Shown: positions 1 to 12,422, counted from the whole stretch's first letter. The stretch: 63,946 bases of DNA, filler included, from Neolecta irregularis DAH-3 (GCA_001929475.1; 8 parts of 8 records of this genome joined end to end with filler, not necessarily neighbours in it); one strand, 5' to 3'. Made by a program: numbers and translations. The notes: generated by a model from the sequence alone, not told the origin.

Positions 1-168
1 TATATGGGATCACTAAAGAAGATGTGGATTGGTTAATCCCTCACTGCCTTGTATGTCAGATGAATGTGTTGCATAGGTGGTGGTGAGGTTGGTGGAGGAT
101 GGTCACAGATTTGGTGGTGAAGTTGGGCGATTCCACAGGTGGGACGATTCCACAGGTGGGACAGAACA
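1..168 (+). mobile_element. Truncated integrase-type (possibly Ginger/Gin-like) transposon end
   Basis: Frame from nt 3 reads YGITKEDVDWLIPHCLVCQMN, resembling the second half of an integrase H2C2 zinc-binding domain, then stops. It is followed by a 17-bp tandem repeat (128-161) and an ...GGGACAGAACA end (TGT on the - strand). Family assignment is inference. Confidence 0.45.
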
Positions 169-336
169 CGTGTTTCATTATAACGAAACATACTCAACTG
201 GTGATTTATTTGCAGTTTTCACAGGTTAGGGTATGGACCTTCACATACGGTTGAATTGTTTATACATGTTTTTCATTACAACGAAATATGCTAGACTTTC
301 GAATTGATATTTTCTTTATTCGTATTATTTTACAGG

Positions 337-1479
337 TTATGGGTATGCACCCTCTTGTGCATTCGATTGAGCTATTTGTTCGTCTGACGGAATATCCAAT
401 GAAAATCCTACTCCAAATTTAGAAGCATTCTAAACATTAGCAAATATATGACGAAACGCAAACTTTGATATGATCGACTTCAGCACACATTTGTATTCCC
501 AAAGGCGGTAAAATCCTTCTTTCGAAAAACGCGCCGATTTTTCCATTGGAATCTACTTGGGCGCGATAACACGCCTGGCGATATTCATATTTCACTCCAA
601 CGGTGGTAATTCCCTCGATTTTAGGCGGGCCCATCATCATCATCATTCCTGACCCAGCTGCATTTCTAGCCGCTAGTTGGAATTCTACACCAGCTTCCAC
701 CCTCTCTGAAATTCTTTTCCAAAAGGTCATTGCGGCACCGCCTTTAGGACTAAATTGACCTGCGAAAATCGATGAGGGTGTGGAATATTTCGCGAAAAAT
801 GTGGGGATGAAGTCGTCGGGCACGTCTGTTGATTGTCGTGCCCAGGTACCCTCCATTCCCAAAGCCAGTTTGGGGGTGATTGATTGCAGGTAACTTGCCG
901 TAACCACACCTGTTGTTCGACGATCCAGTATAGAAAAGTTTACCAATTTAATGCTTGCGCTGGAAGATGAATTTGTAACGTCATGAGCAATATGTAAAAC
1001 TGGTTCTGATTCGCCGTCGTTGTTAAACTGTAGTTAATATGGGTTTATAGAGAATATTACTTGAGCTTGGATTTTCGTTTGGTGTCCTGGTTTTAAATTC
1101 ACAGATAGGATTCCTTGAAATGATTTCGTATTATCCATCATTCCTTGCATGAAGAGCTAACCGTGTTAATATTGCCCTTCTGAAAGATTACATTATCTTG
1201 GGCGTAAAGCGCGGTAAACCCGTACGGTGGTAGCGCTTTTTGGTCCATGGCCCATTGATGACTGAGGTGAAAGTTATTGCTATAAGACTTGGAAATGCTC
1301 GCTTTGAAGCCGGTGAAGGCAGACATATTGAGAAAGACATTTCTGGTGACTTCCTTTGAAATATCTTCTGTCTGACCGGGATTTGCAAGTTGAAGAGATT
1401 TGTGAATGTCAACGAGTGCCGAAAAGGGAGAGCGCCATGACTGTGTCGAAAAAGAGGCAGGATCAGGGAGCGTGGTCAT
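337..1479 (-). CDS. TOM40: Mitochondrial outer membrane translocase pore Tom40 (4 exons)
   Basis: LQLANPGQTEDISKEVTRNVFL, GVKYEYRQACYRAQVDSNGKI and C-terminal ASKFGVGFSL; three GT-AG introns of about 33-35 nt; stop TAA at 337-339. Confidence 0.95.
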
Positions 1480-1548
1480 GGTGTAGAGCAGACAGAAATT
1501 TTTACTGGCAACTCGGTCTGCCGGTCAGAGGTCTCCTCCCAACTTCAA

Positions 1549-3311
1549 ATGCTCCACCAGGTACCCAACTCTAATTGTACGCTGTCGAAACCGCCGCAGA
1601 TCGCACCGGCACAATTATACGAGACAGAAAGCGGCCGGTATGTGTTTTGCATGACTGCTAGAGCTCACCCACCAGACTTTTCCACGCCGGACGAATTGCC
1701 ATCTGCACAGGCATCTTGATCTTGTTCTGCCGCTAATACTCAGTCGGACTTCCCGCTCGAGGAAAAACGCACATCTCTGTCTCGCTCTGTCGGTATCTAC
1801 GATGGTATCGTCCGCGTTTCCGCGCTTCCCTGTATGACATTCCAGGCTCGGTGTCAAAACTGCAGTCTTCCATCTCGGCGACTATCGACGGGTCGTGTTA
1901 GAAGGCCAAGAATTACCTCCAGACTTCTTCTTCGTAAACACATCTGAGTCAACTACCAAACTCCGTGAAAATATCCGTGACCTATGCAGAAACGACATGA
2001 AAAAGTTTTATGAACAAGATAATGGACAAGTGGCCATTTACGATGCCGTAAATCCATCCGTCAAGGGACGCAAAAATCTAGTCAATTTCTTTCAAGCACA
2101 TAATGCCCAGGTTACCTTTTCTTCTTTTTTGTAAACTTGATAATTTACCAGGTTCTCTTCATCGAGTCGATTTGCGATAACGAGAAAATTATCGAAGCTA
2201 ATGTCCTCAGTGTCAAAATTTCATCACCAGATGTATATCTTTCTCTATTTTGGCGTCTGATTCGGCAAAGTATGTTGGTTGGCAACCTAAAGATGCGGTC
2301 AAAGATTACCTGCAACGGATTAATAACAAGATTCCTTATTTTGAGACAATCAAGGAGCCTGAATTGAATTATGTAAAGGTATACATCTTTATTTTGGTGT
2401 TTGCCAACTGTTTGTAGATAATTAATGTCAATGAACGGATGATTGTAAATAACCACCAAGCTGGATATCTTTGGGTAATTAATTCCTTGGTTGGGACGCG
2501 GTTACCCAATAGTCACGTATCGTTTTTTACTTGATGAATTTACATACTCAATATCGCAAACTCTACTTTGCGAGAGCAGGTAATTCTGAGGAGGAAAGCT
2601 CGTATAAAGCGGATACGCCACTAGACCTCCAGGGTCAGGAGTTTTCCCGTAGGTTAATGGCAACTCTGGTTGCGCACAGAAAAAAGGAACGACAAGATGC
2701 TTTATCCCAAGGCGACAATTCAGACGAACGAAGCCTTTCTGTTAGTATTTCTTTGTTGCTCCCAGTTGATTCTTAGATTTGGACATCTCCTAGAATAAAA
2801 AGCGTCCAAACAGCAGACGCTCTTAAAGAACAGGGATATAAAGTGCGCCAACGGCCGCAGTTAATGCCACTTAATCCCGGGGTACTGGAAATGATGACTC
2901 GCGAACAAGTCCGTGAAAAGTACCCTGAAGAAGTCGAGAAACATAAAAAGGACCCGTATCATCATCGTTTTCCCCGAGCCGAAGTAATTGCAATCATCAT
3001 CATCAAACCTGACAAATAGAGTTATCATGATGTTGCGGTTCGTCTTGAACCCGTGATTCTAGAAATGGAACGATCGTACGATGATTTACTGATAATTGCA
3101 CATGAAAGTGTATTGAGAGTATTATATGCATATTTGATGGGTGTCCCTGCAGATGTAATTACTATTCCCCAGATTAGCAAATTTTCGACTGACCAAGATA
3201 ATCTAGTCCATCCCGCAACTTGAATTTCCCCGAAATCAAATCATTGAAGTTATTCCGAACGCTTATCAAAATCAAGTGAAACATATATACATTGAAGGAG
3301 TCGACCCATGA
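1549..3311 (+). CDS. 6-phosphofructo-2-kinase/fructose-2,6-bisphosphatase family protein, YLR345W-like (about 12 exons)
   Basis: Spliced reading APAQLYETESGRLFHAGRIAICTVGLPARGKT (P-loop), QVAIYDAVN, SRIVFYLMNLH, HRFPRAESYHDV, IIAHESVLR; includes the GC-AG intron 1711-1743. Confidence 0.9.
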
Positions 3312-3361
3312 ATTCTCATTTGTATAGTCCAGTTACTTTTTATCTTTTTTGTTTTGCTTAA

Positions 3362-4374
3362 TTAATAATCGTCACGATGATGACGGTGTCGACTGCTTTT
3401 TTGTTGTTGTCTGGCTTCAGGAGAGTAATCTCTTTTGCGTTCGCGATGTTGTCGATGTGGGTCCTCTTGACGGGATGATTGATAGTAATCTTGGGATCTT
3501 GACTGTTTTTTCTCTCGAGTGTCGTCGTCTCGGGGTCGTTTCTCTCTATTTCCCTCGTCCCTGTGCCTTCTCTCTCGGCTATCGTCTCTATGCCTTCCCA
3601 CTCGGCTGTCACCATGGTGCATTCTCCCTCGATCGTCGTCCTTGTGTATTCTCTCCCGACTGTCATCTCGGTATCTTCTTCCTCGAGTGTCGTCCATATA
3701 CCTTCTGTCCTGATTGTCGTCGTCCCTTCTGCGTGAGCGTCTTTCTTTCTCGTCCCGTCGGGAATATTCAAGACCGCCTAATCCACCTCGAGTTCCATCT
3801 TGCCGTTCCGTCAATTCAGACTCGTCGATATTTTGTATGCGGTACCTGTGAAGTCCTCTACTTGTGATCAGTCATCTTGACGTCAACAGAATTACCCATG
3901 AAACCCCAATCCTTGGTTATCTTCTTCCTTCAACGTTTCATTTTCTAGGTCATCGTCTTTTTCTGTAGTCTTTATAGCTTTTGCAATTTCCTCTTGATCC
4001 ACGTTCCCTTCTTTCTTCCGGGTAACTTTAAACCCTCTACGAAATCAGTTTTGAGGGTCGCGAAATATGGATACAATGCTTCAGCGAGCGCATCTTCTTC
4101 CGCCTCCTTAATCTTTCGGATTTCTTCTCTTCGGATTTCTTCCTTGGAAAGATTGCCATCTTTTTTTTTATTAAACCATTCTAAATCCTTGCCTTTTTGC
4201 CAGCGTCCCATGGGTGCTTTGAGCTAGTCTCATCAACATTCGATAAACACAACTGGGGAATACCGAATGACCCAGGTAATTCTCACGATGTTTATCTTCT
4301 TTAATATCATCCCATTTGAATAATCCTTGGCCGCCGCGGTTCCCTCCCCGAACAGGCCCTTGTCGGAGATCCAT
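3362..4374 (-). CDS. MMTAG2/C1orf35-like protein (MMtag domain plus R/D/E/H-rich tail)
   Basis: [45 protein letters not shown] is the MMtag signature; 3 GT-AG introns. Confidence 0.88.
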
Positions 4375-4453
4375 TTGGTGGGTTGTAGTCAAAAGTCTCG
4401 CCAACTCGTGATGCAAAGATGTTTGTCTGCACCTCTCTACTTACAAACATGCT

Positions 4454-7299
4454 CTAATACTTTTCAGCCATGATCATGATCACCATTGAAGTCCACCCAG
4501 TGAATGGAAAGCTTCTTTGCCCTCTGCCAGTTTCTTGGTCATATTGTTCCCAGGCAAACCCCGTCCTCTCCCACTCATTAAAAATATTCTGAATCACGTT
4601 TTCCCTCAGTTCATTGTAAATCCTACTCGCAGTTTCGCGAAATGGCCCGTCTACGTCTATATAATTTTTCTTCAAACTCGACAAGGCGAGGAAATTAATG
4701 TTTATCCACACTGGACCTCTCCAGTAATTTTCACCCTGGGAAAAATGAGGGTCCTTTTTGGAGAGAGATCGCAGACCATAGGGGGACCAGATTTCCTCTG
4801 GATCGGACATGAATAACAAGATTGCCCCGAGATGGGGAGAATCTGCAGGCAAGAGGCCAAGAAGCATGGGAAAGAGTGAGAGGTAGCCTTTGTGACAAAC
4901 GAGGATGCTTTCTTCATATTCATCGATAGTTGAATCGCAATATGCCTGATCTTTTTCACTCCAATGAAGGTCTTACTATCAGCAAAAATATCCAGCAAGG
5001 ACAAATATTCAAACCATCGATATTTCGGATAATACTTTCTTCGATCTTTTTAAATTCCTCAACGTCGTCGCTTTGTCCCAATTTTTCAGCAATACGCATC
5101 AACATACGTGTAAACATTCCCATCCAGCTGATTAAATCGACGTGAAGTTCACCGATATGTGGGGGCTTGGCACGCGGGTAATCATCCAGGCCACTTGTAA
5201 AACAATGGTCTGGTGTTCTTCCACGCCATCGATATCCCTCCTTCAAACTAAACGCCTCTCGCTCCCAAGTTCTGATGTCGCCGATCTGTGATTTGCGGAA
5301 CCAATAGTAATGCTGTTTTAATTTTGGGTAGAGGGATTGCAAATATTCAGTAGCAAGGACGGGGTATTTGATATGTGCTGAAGATAGCGTCGACCATGGA
5401 ATCTGAGATTCCTCAAGAACTTGCTGACGTGAAGATTCAAACTCTTTTAGAAATCAGAACCCGATATAATGCAGGGAAATACCATATTCCATGGCCTGCT
5501 TTTCTTCTTTTTCTTTTTCTGCTTCATCGAGTTGTTGAAGGAATTGATTGACGGCCAAAATCAGCGTAGGCGGATTCGCATAATGGGGATATTGAATTTG
5601 AAATTCCGGCGGGACTTTACTTCTGGCTTCTTCACCCAGTATTTGTTCCCTCGCAATCCAACCATCTTGGTCCATCAATCCGAACCAACTCTTAATGATC
5701 TCCAAACTAATAATTAGGATTCAATGGTAATTCTACCCAAGGGAAAAAAACCTCAAATCAATGTCCCATAAACCAATAGGCAACAAATGGAATCCTTCAT
5801 CCCAATAAAACCCCCTTGGAAAGAACGGCCTCGAAGGAATACTCGTGAATAATTCCTTCTCTTCCGCTCGTTTACTGTCGCCTCCATCAACTCCTTCCCC
5901 AGCTCTTGCCTGCTCCCAAAATTCTTCTTCTTCGTCATCGTCAATAATCTTACCAACAAGGGAATCTCCGTGAAAATATCCGATTCCGCCAATTAGATTT
6001 GAAAAAAGAGATTGTGCGAATTGGCGGTAGGAAAGTGACGTATATGGTTCCTTCAACGGAAATGTTTTCTCAAAATGGTCTTTGAATGAGAAATCAAGAT
6101 GCTCAAGCTGGTTATCGAGGCGTTTAGCTATAAATTAAATCGAGACAGGTAGAGCATAACTTACAAGTCATACGTTGCTCGCCAAACGAGAGTGAACTGT
6201 ACAGAATATCAAACTAGTAAAAGCGATTAGTGGATCGGCAAGGAGAAAGAAGATACTTGAAACGAGCCCTGAAATGTCTTTTGTGTGAAGTGGAGATTAG
6301 CAAGGGGGTCTTTTTTGTTAGGAAGAGTGTATAGGATTGCAGCGGGCGGTAGTTTTTCCTTTCCATATCGTTTTTCAAGTCTTTGGAAGACAAAAGATAT
6401 CTCTGAGAATAAGAGATCTAATTTCTCAGCATGAGCAGCAGGAAAGCAGATACCCTTGGCCTTCCAAATGACGTTCCCGGGTACTTGTATTGAGGCAAAT
6501 TGCGTGTTTTGCAAGTTGACAAGCTTGGAACTGTCGTGTTGGGGTTGCGGGTACTTGTTACTATCAGGGCCTGTAGTGATTTCAAACGAAAAGTCTCCAA
6601 GTATAGGAGCCGATCCGACGATTTCCACGGGTCCCTCGATACCCTTTCTCATCAACTGGGATACCAACGCAAAGAGGCAACATTGGAGTTACCAGCAGAT
6701 GTAATTTCGAGATTTCCTAAGCCTTCTAGACCGGCGTAGAAAAACACAGTCGTTTTGCGATGGTGGGATAAAGGGTTAAAAAATATCGTACAGAGAGGGA
6801 ATACCATTATCTCGAGGTGTTCCACGGACCCTAAGCGCCCAATGGCCTCCTGAATTGGTTGGCAACCACATGAGTAAAGATGAGATACCTCTAGATCCAC
6901 CAGAAACTTTGACAAATTCAGTTTCAATATCAACACCCATTCCTACATCTCGGATCCTCTGTATTCCCCCTGTTCTCGGATCAAATTCGTCCCATCCATA
7001 GCCCAGGATATCATGACTCTGTTCACAAGTATGTCGAATGTCTAGGTCTGATCAATACGAGACTCAATCTGCACTGTACCGTTAATGCTTCCCATGTCGT
7101 CAACATTGGCCCACATTATTCCAGTCAACAGGCTTTTGGGAATTCGGGGGCGGAAGCCTGCGTATAACTGAGGGCGATAGGGACCCCATAGCAACGAATC
7201 GTTTTGTGCCTTGGCGACTGCAGACAACAATGACTCTGTGGACAAATGCTGCTGAGCTATCACAAGGGCCGAGAACAACAAAACCCAGATGCAACTCAT
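4454..7299 (-). CDS. CWH41: Mannosyl-oligosaccharide glucosidase I (GH63)
   Basis: SLLWGPYRPQLY, LFTSIPSRPFFPRGFYWDEGFH, GWIAREQILGEEARSKVP, SGLDDYPR, ENYWRGPVW, FTGWT; about 10 introns, one ending in AT (6804-6768). Confidence 0.95.
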
Positions 7300-7510
7300 C
7301 CGACTGGCAATCAATGATGGAAAGATGTCAAGTTTCTGTACCAGGTCTCACAAACGAAAATCGCGGGCTGGAACAAGAAAGTAAAAGGGCTAGAACATGC
7401 AGAGTATAGTTAATGTATACTGTGAAATATGAAATGTGTATAAAAGGCGGAGAAAGTGGGGGGTTGCTCAATTGTGTCTCGGTCCAAGAATCACCCAACA
7501 ATAACCGGTT

Positions 7511-8337
7511 ATGTCGGCGGACGCCCCCTCGACCCCACTATCCTCTCTCTGTACTCCATCCTCTTTTTTAGACTATAAAGACTCATCATATCCAGCCTTT
7601 ACACATATTTATTACAATCCTGAAGATCCTGTTTCTCTTGCCTTGGCATGGTTGTCGTTACTCCCGATGGTGCTTTTGGTCATTTACGCGACGTTGTGTT
7701 ATTCACGGCGCGAAGTAGAGTATTTTTTCGTAATGGGCGGACAATTGGTTTGCGAATGTTTGAACTGGGGATTAAAAAGACTGATTAAGGAGAGCCGGCC
7801 CAAGCGTATGAATTTCTTTTCCCTCGATTGTGTTGATTGGGCAGCGATGATAGGGAAGGGATATGGAATGCCAAGTAGCCATGCACAGTTTATGACGTAC
7901 ATTGCAGTTTACTTTTCGTTATGGATTTCGGTGAAGTATGCTAGCAACGTAGAAGGTTCAGGATGACAGGGGCAGGTCGTCCAGATCGGTTCCTCGCAAA
8001 GTCATCGATGTGTCGATTGCGCTAGTGGCTGCGGGGATGGTTTGTTGGTCACGGTATGATCTTTGTATGGCGGGCTGACAGGAGAATCTATCTCAGTTAC
8101 CATACACCCAAACAAGTAATTGCGGGAGCAACAGCAGGGGCACTGTTTGGATGGATGTGGTATATGGTAGTACAAGCAACTCGCAGTGTCGGGCTTGTGG
8201 ATTTGGTTCTCTCTCGTTCGTTGGCAAAGACGTTGCTCATTAAAGATATGATACAGCATCGGGATGCGATAAAGGAAGAGTGGCTTGAGTTTCAGAGATA
8301 TCGAAGATCTCAAAAGCCCAGGAATCTGCGGATATAG
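7511..8337 (+). CDS. CAX4: Dolichyldiphosphatase (PAP2 family)
   Basis: LKRLIKESRP, GYGMPSSHAQF and SRIYLSYHT PAP2 motifs with hydrophobic segments; 4 introns. Confidence 0.92.
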
Positions 8338-8704
8338 ACAAAATATCGGAATAATAGAATAGTACTAATATTCATTTGATGCAGGAAGACGATGTTGATC
8401 CAGGTCTTTGCTATGACGGCAGACCGCCTTTCGATTTTCTCTCCGTACTTGTTGGCAGGGTTGACGTCCAGGGTCCGAGGCAGAGATCCATAGTCGAACA
8501 AGATCCGTGGTGCGACCAGTGCAAATGCAAATGCACCCAGATTCGCCCTCTGTAAACAGGCAAATGTCGGAAAGTGACTTGCAGAGCACAGGCCTCAGGC
8601 ATGTACCACATCCCATTGTCCCTTAATTAACTACTATGACCAACCCTCCTAATTTGGTGCCATACCACCAAGTCACCCCGACCGCCTTTCCCACAACCTT
8701 CCTC

Positions 8705-9267
8705 ATGCCTCCGAAGCTCTCAAGTATTCTCTTCTTGCCGTCTTCTTCATCCTAATGTACAGCTACAATCTCGTCCACTAAGAAGGCCCAGGTCGCCAAA
8801 AAGGCTGCCCTCAAGGGTACTCATGCGAAAAAGGCCCTCAAGGTCCGCACTTCCACCACCTTTAGGCGCCCAAAGACTCTCCGTTTACCCAGAAAACCCA
8901 GAGTCGCTAGAAAAAGCGTCCAGCACCTGCCCCGTCTCGACCATTTCAGAATTCTCGTCTCCCCTCTCAACACAGAGTCCGCCATGAAAAAAATAGAAGA
9001 AAACAATACTCTAGTGTTCATCGTCGACATCAAGGCAAACAAGAGACAAATAAAAGAAGCTATCAAAAAGATGTATGATGTCGAGGCCCTCAGAATCAAT
9101 ACCCTCATCCGGTATCTCCCCATTCCACCCCCGGCTCACCCTAGGCCCGATGGAACCAAAAAGGCATACATAAAGCTCACTCCTGATGTAGACGCTCTCG
9201 ATGTGGCAAACAAGGAAAGTTTTCCTTCTCATTTCCATTATTGATCCTCTAGATTGGTTTTATTTAG
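8705..9267 (+). CDS. RPL25: 60S ribosomal protein uL23 (L25)
   Basis: [47 protein letters not shown]; the conserved end DVANKIGFI* requires a GA-AG intron at 9215-9252. Confidence 0.96.
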
Positions 9268-9467
9268 ATACATAACCTATATCATTCGCCATTTCCTTTC
9301 TCCTCCATTGTCATAAGATGTGACTTTCACCAAACATCAACCCTTGATATATCGCTATCTCCAGCAGTTCTATATTCCTATCCTTCCCTCCAATGCAATG
9401 CAAAAGAATTATCCCAGAGCCACAACAAATATCAATACACTCTCTTCATCGAATCCAGTTTTTCAAT

Positions 9468-9708
9468 TCAGGGTTTCCCCGCCGCACAGTCTTTACAAAA
9501 TCCCCTTGGAACTTTATCATTATCACCGCATGCCATCTACAGAGCATACCGTGAGTGCAGTTGCGACAGCCTGCCGTTCTGCATTTATATAATGGATTCT
9601 TTGCCCATTCTGCGCGCTCTGCGTCCGACATGTCTGAATCGTCAACCGGCGTTTGTTGGGATATCGCAAGTAGACCTAAGTGGGACCTCTCTTGTGGGCC
9701 AAGGCCAT
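9468..9708 (-). CDS. Putative 49-aa C4 zinc-finger microprotein (copy A)
   Basis: Exons 9708-9687, 9633-9550 and 9511-9468 joined by GT-AG introns (53 and 38 nt) give MALAHKRDMSDAERAEWAKNPLYKCRTAGCRNCTHVPRGFCKDCAAGKP. ATG in AAATGG context; TATATAAA about 180 nt upstream. It could instead start at 9631. Confidence 0.55.
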
Positions 9709-10530
9709 TTATTTATGATCTCTGCCCTTGGCTTAATAACTGAATACCTGCTTGCGGACCCTTTCCGAAGCATCCAACGTGGAACGAGTTAGACCACTCA
9801 CCCACAATATTCGTTCAAGAACAAACTGCTCGGGATTTCCGTCCTGCTTGAGGACTTACACGTGCAATACATTAAATAAATTCTTTATATATTCTTAGAT
9901 TTGCTATTGTACTATTGCAGAGAGGAAACAGCTATCGAGGCCTATAATAGCTAGGTGAGCACCCCTGGTCGTCTACGTCATCCTGGAGTCTGGCGTCCTC
10001 GAGATCCGCTATCCTCGAAAGTTCGTCACTGCTTTTCCATACATCCAGCCGGAAAAACTCCTCTGGTCGGTATGCCTGCACCGCAAGCTGAAGTCTCGAA
10101 GCTCAGCGGGGGGCACATCCACTGGTTCGGCCTTGCCATCCCATGACCTCATCCCTCAGTGCTGGACACTAGAAAAGGTGACTAGCATACGCACAGCACA
10201 CCACGATAGCATAATAGCCTCTGAATTCAACCCATTTCGGTCCTAATTGAATATTACAAATAGCACAATAATAGTAATCGCCCTACAGGTTTATTTTCAG
10301 TAGCCAAGTGCTTCCCCTCGTCTCTCCGAGGCTGATCCTTGATCGTATACCCGAGAACCGGTGTCGCGCCGTCCATTTATGTTTAATTTACGCCGTATGG
10401 TCAATTCTCTAATTTATCTATGCATCAGGCACCACACCTAGATGGAGGGAGCGTCAGGAATGTTTCCGGCAGATCTTGCAGCAGTTACTTCGTCCCGTCC
10501 TCCTCACTGTCGTTCATATACACTGTCAAG

Positions 10531-11650
10531 ATGCGGTCGTTTCTTCTTTTGGCATCTGTTATTTCTTTAGGTTTGGGTCAAATTCTGGGTTTTTCTTGCC
10601 ACGTGTCAATTTGTGCTTATGCAGTAGACGATGACATATCGACTACAGCATCTACAGATAACAGCTTGGCGCCCGCTACGATGACTGCAAGTAGTTCTTC
10701 TTGGCCTTAACCTCGGTTTGACCCAGCCGGATCGAAACGATCATGGCAGTCGCGCCAGGAACGGCACATGATTCCCTCAAGCACAAAACAAGCAATTTCT
10801 TCAAACTCTTTACTACTGGCGTGCCGGCCTTGCAGCTTGGGTTCACGAATGGAACGGTGTATGCGTCGTATTGTTATCTGAGCGTTCCACCCAATGGCAG
10901 GAATTTGACGGTTGTACAGTCTGTCACGCCAGGGTAGACTCAAACTTGGTTTCTGTCTGCAGATTCTACAATCGGATTTCCTGGATTGGGGACATCTGCT
11001 TATTTGTTCTTTGGGTGCCCGTTTGCTGCAGGATATGATTTGGCTGCGTATCTACCAGGGACATCTTCCACTCCCGGATGTATCGCAGCTCAACTCGTCA
11101 GTGCTCGAAAAAACCAGTAGCATATCTACTTCCACATCTGCTGCACATACTTCGATTATTCCAAACGTCAACCCTTCGATATCTAATCCCGGTTATATCA
11201 ATGTCGTCGGCGGAACTCGAATCTATTCCAATGGCACAACTATGGCATATCCTAACGGCAGAAACATTACAATCACGACGGGTATTCAACTGGTTGTTTG
11301 CGCCGATGGAATCCATTGCCAAATCTCTTCAAGCACAACCTCTTTGTCACCATTATATACAGTCAACTGTGTCTCCATGAACGCTTGCACATACACCAGC
11401 AAGCGCCATCACCCGTAACCTGTTTTCGACCGTCTCGTTTTTGTCATCACCTACTAATACTTTCCCAGCTACCTCGGCTAGTAATGTTACTACAATTACA
11501 AGCATGACCGTCTTGCCGAGCTCTAGGAGAACTCCATCGACGACTGCCAAACCCGGCCCTACCAGTTCCGCCTATAAACGGCCCGTAGCCATCGCTGCTT
11601 CAGTCATTCTATTATTCGTCGTCATTATATACGTGGCAATTTGCTTTTGA
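10531..11650 (+). CDS. Putative secreted/cell-surface Ser/Thr-rich glycoprotein with C-terminal hydrophobic anchor; internal exon structure unresolved
   Basis: Signal-peptide-like MRSFLLLASVISLGLG, S/T-rich blocks, several N-x-T sites and C-terminal VAIAASVILLFVVIIYVAICF; several intron-like breaks. Confidence 0.55.
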
Positions 11651-12422
11651 ACCGATTACCTTTCCAGCTAACCCTAATCCTCATCCTTGTCTGGCCCCGC
11701 TAGACTATCTCCCTGTACAGAATCCCTTATCACTTACCCTTGAAATTTCAATTCTGCCGTCGAGGTACTATACTATTATTGTAATATTCACGAGATTCGG
11801 TTACTCCAATGATATTCTTTTCGTGCTAAAAAACTTGCTTTCCAAATTTACCGTGTCATGATAAAATATTTAACGTCACTCTTTTAAACCCTTGGTATCT
11901 CAATTTTCGCGCAGGTCACCTGCTCAAGCCAAGAAAAAACGAGCTCGTGTTGAAATTGGGGTGTCATGATATCACCCGGTGTCCTTGGGGTAATTCCGAC
12001 TTCATTCCTCTGATGAAACTTGAAGAGGAAATCTTGTAACTGCGAATCTGGTCCGAAGTAGAAAACGCGCAATTGGGTGTCCTCATCCAGTATCAAAGAG
12101 GACAAGTCGAGCTTTAACCCACGAATTTAAGTTTTTTTTAACCCAGAGAATGAATGCTTTATGAAAATCAAAGGTAATAATCCAGAATTTGTAACCCGCG
12201 TTAATATCATACAAAAAATACCCATTCCTGTTTCCATTCAAAGAATTATCAGTACGTCTTGCGACTGTATCAAATCAATGAAACCCGAATGGCGAGAAGA
12301 AAGCAGTAACAATGAATGCGAAAAAAACTCCCCGGTCATTTAAATATTCGATACAGTACGCCGTCGCTGGCGTCTCTCTTGAACAGTCACTCAAGTTCAA
12401 CAATCTCTAGGGTGTTGGCTTA

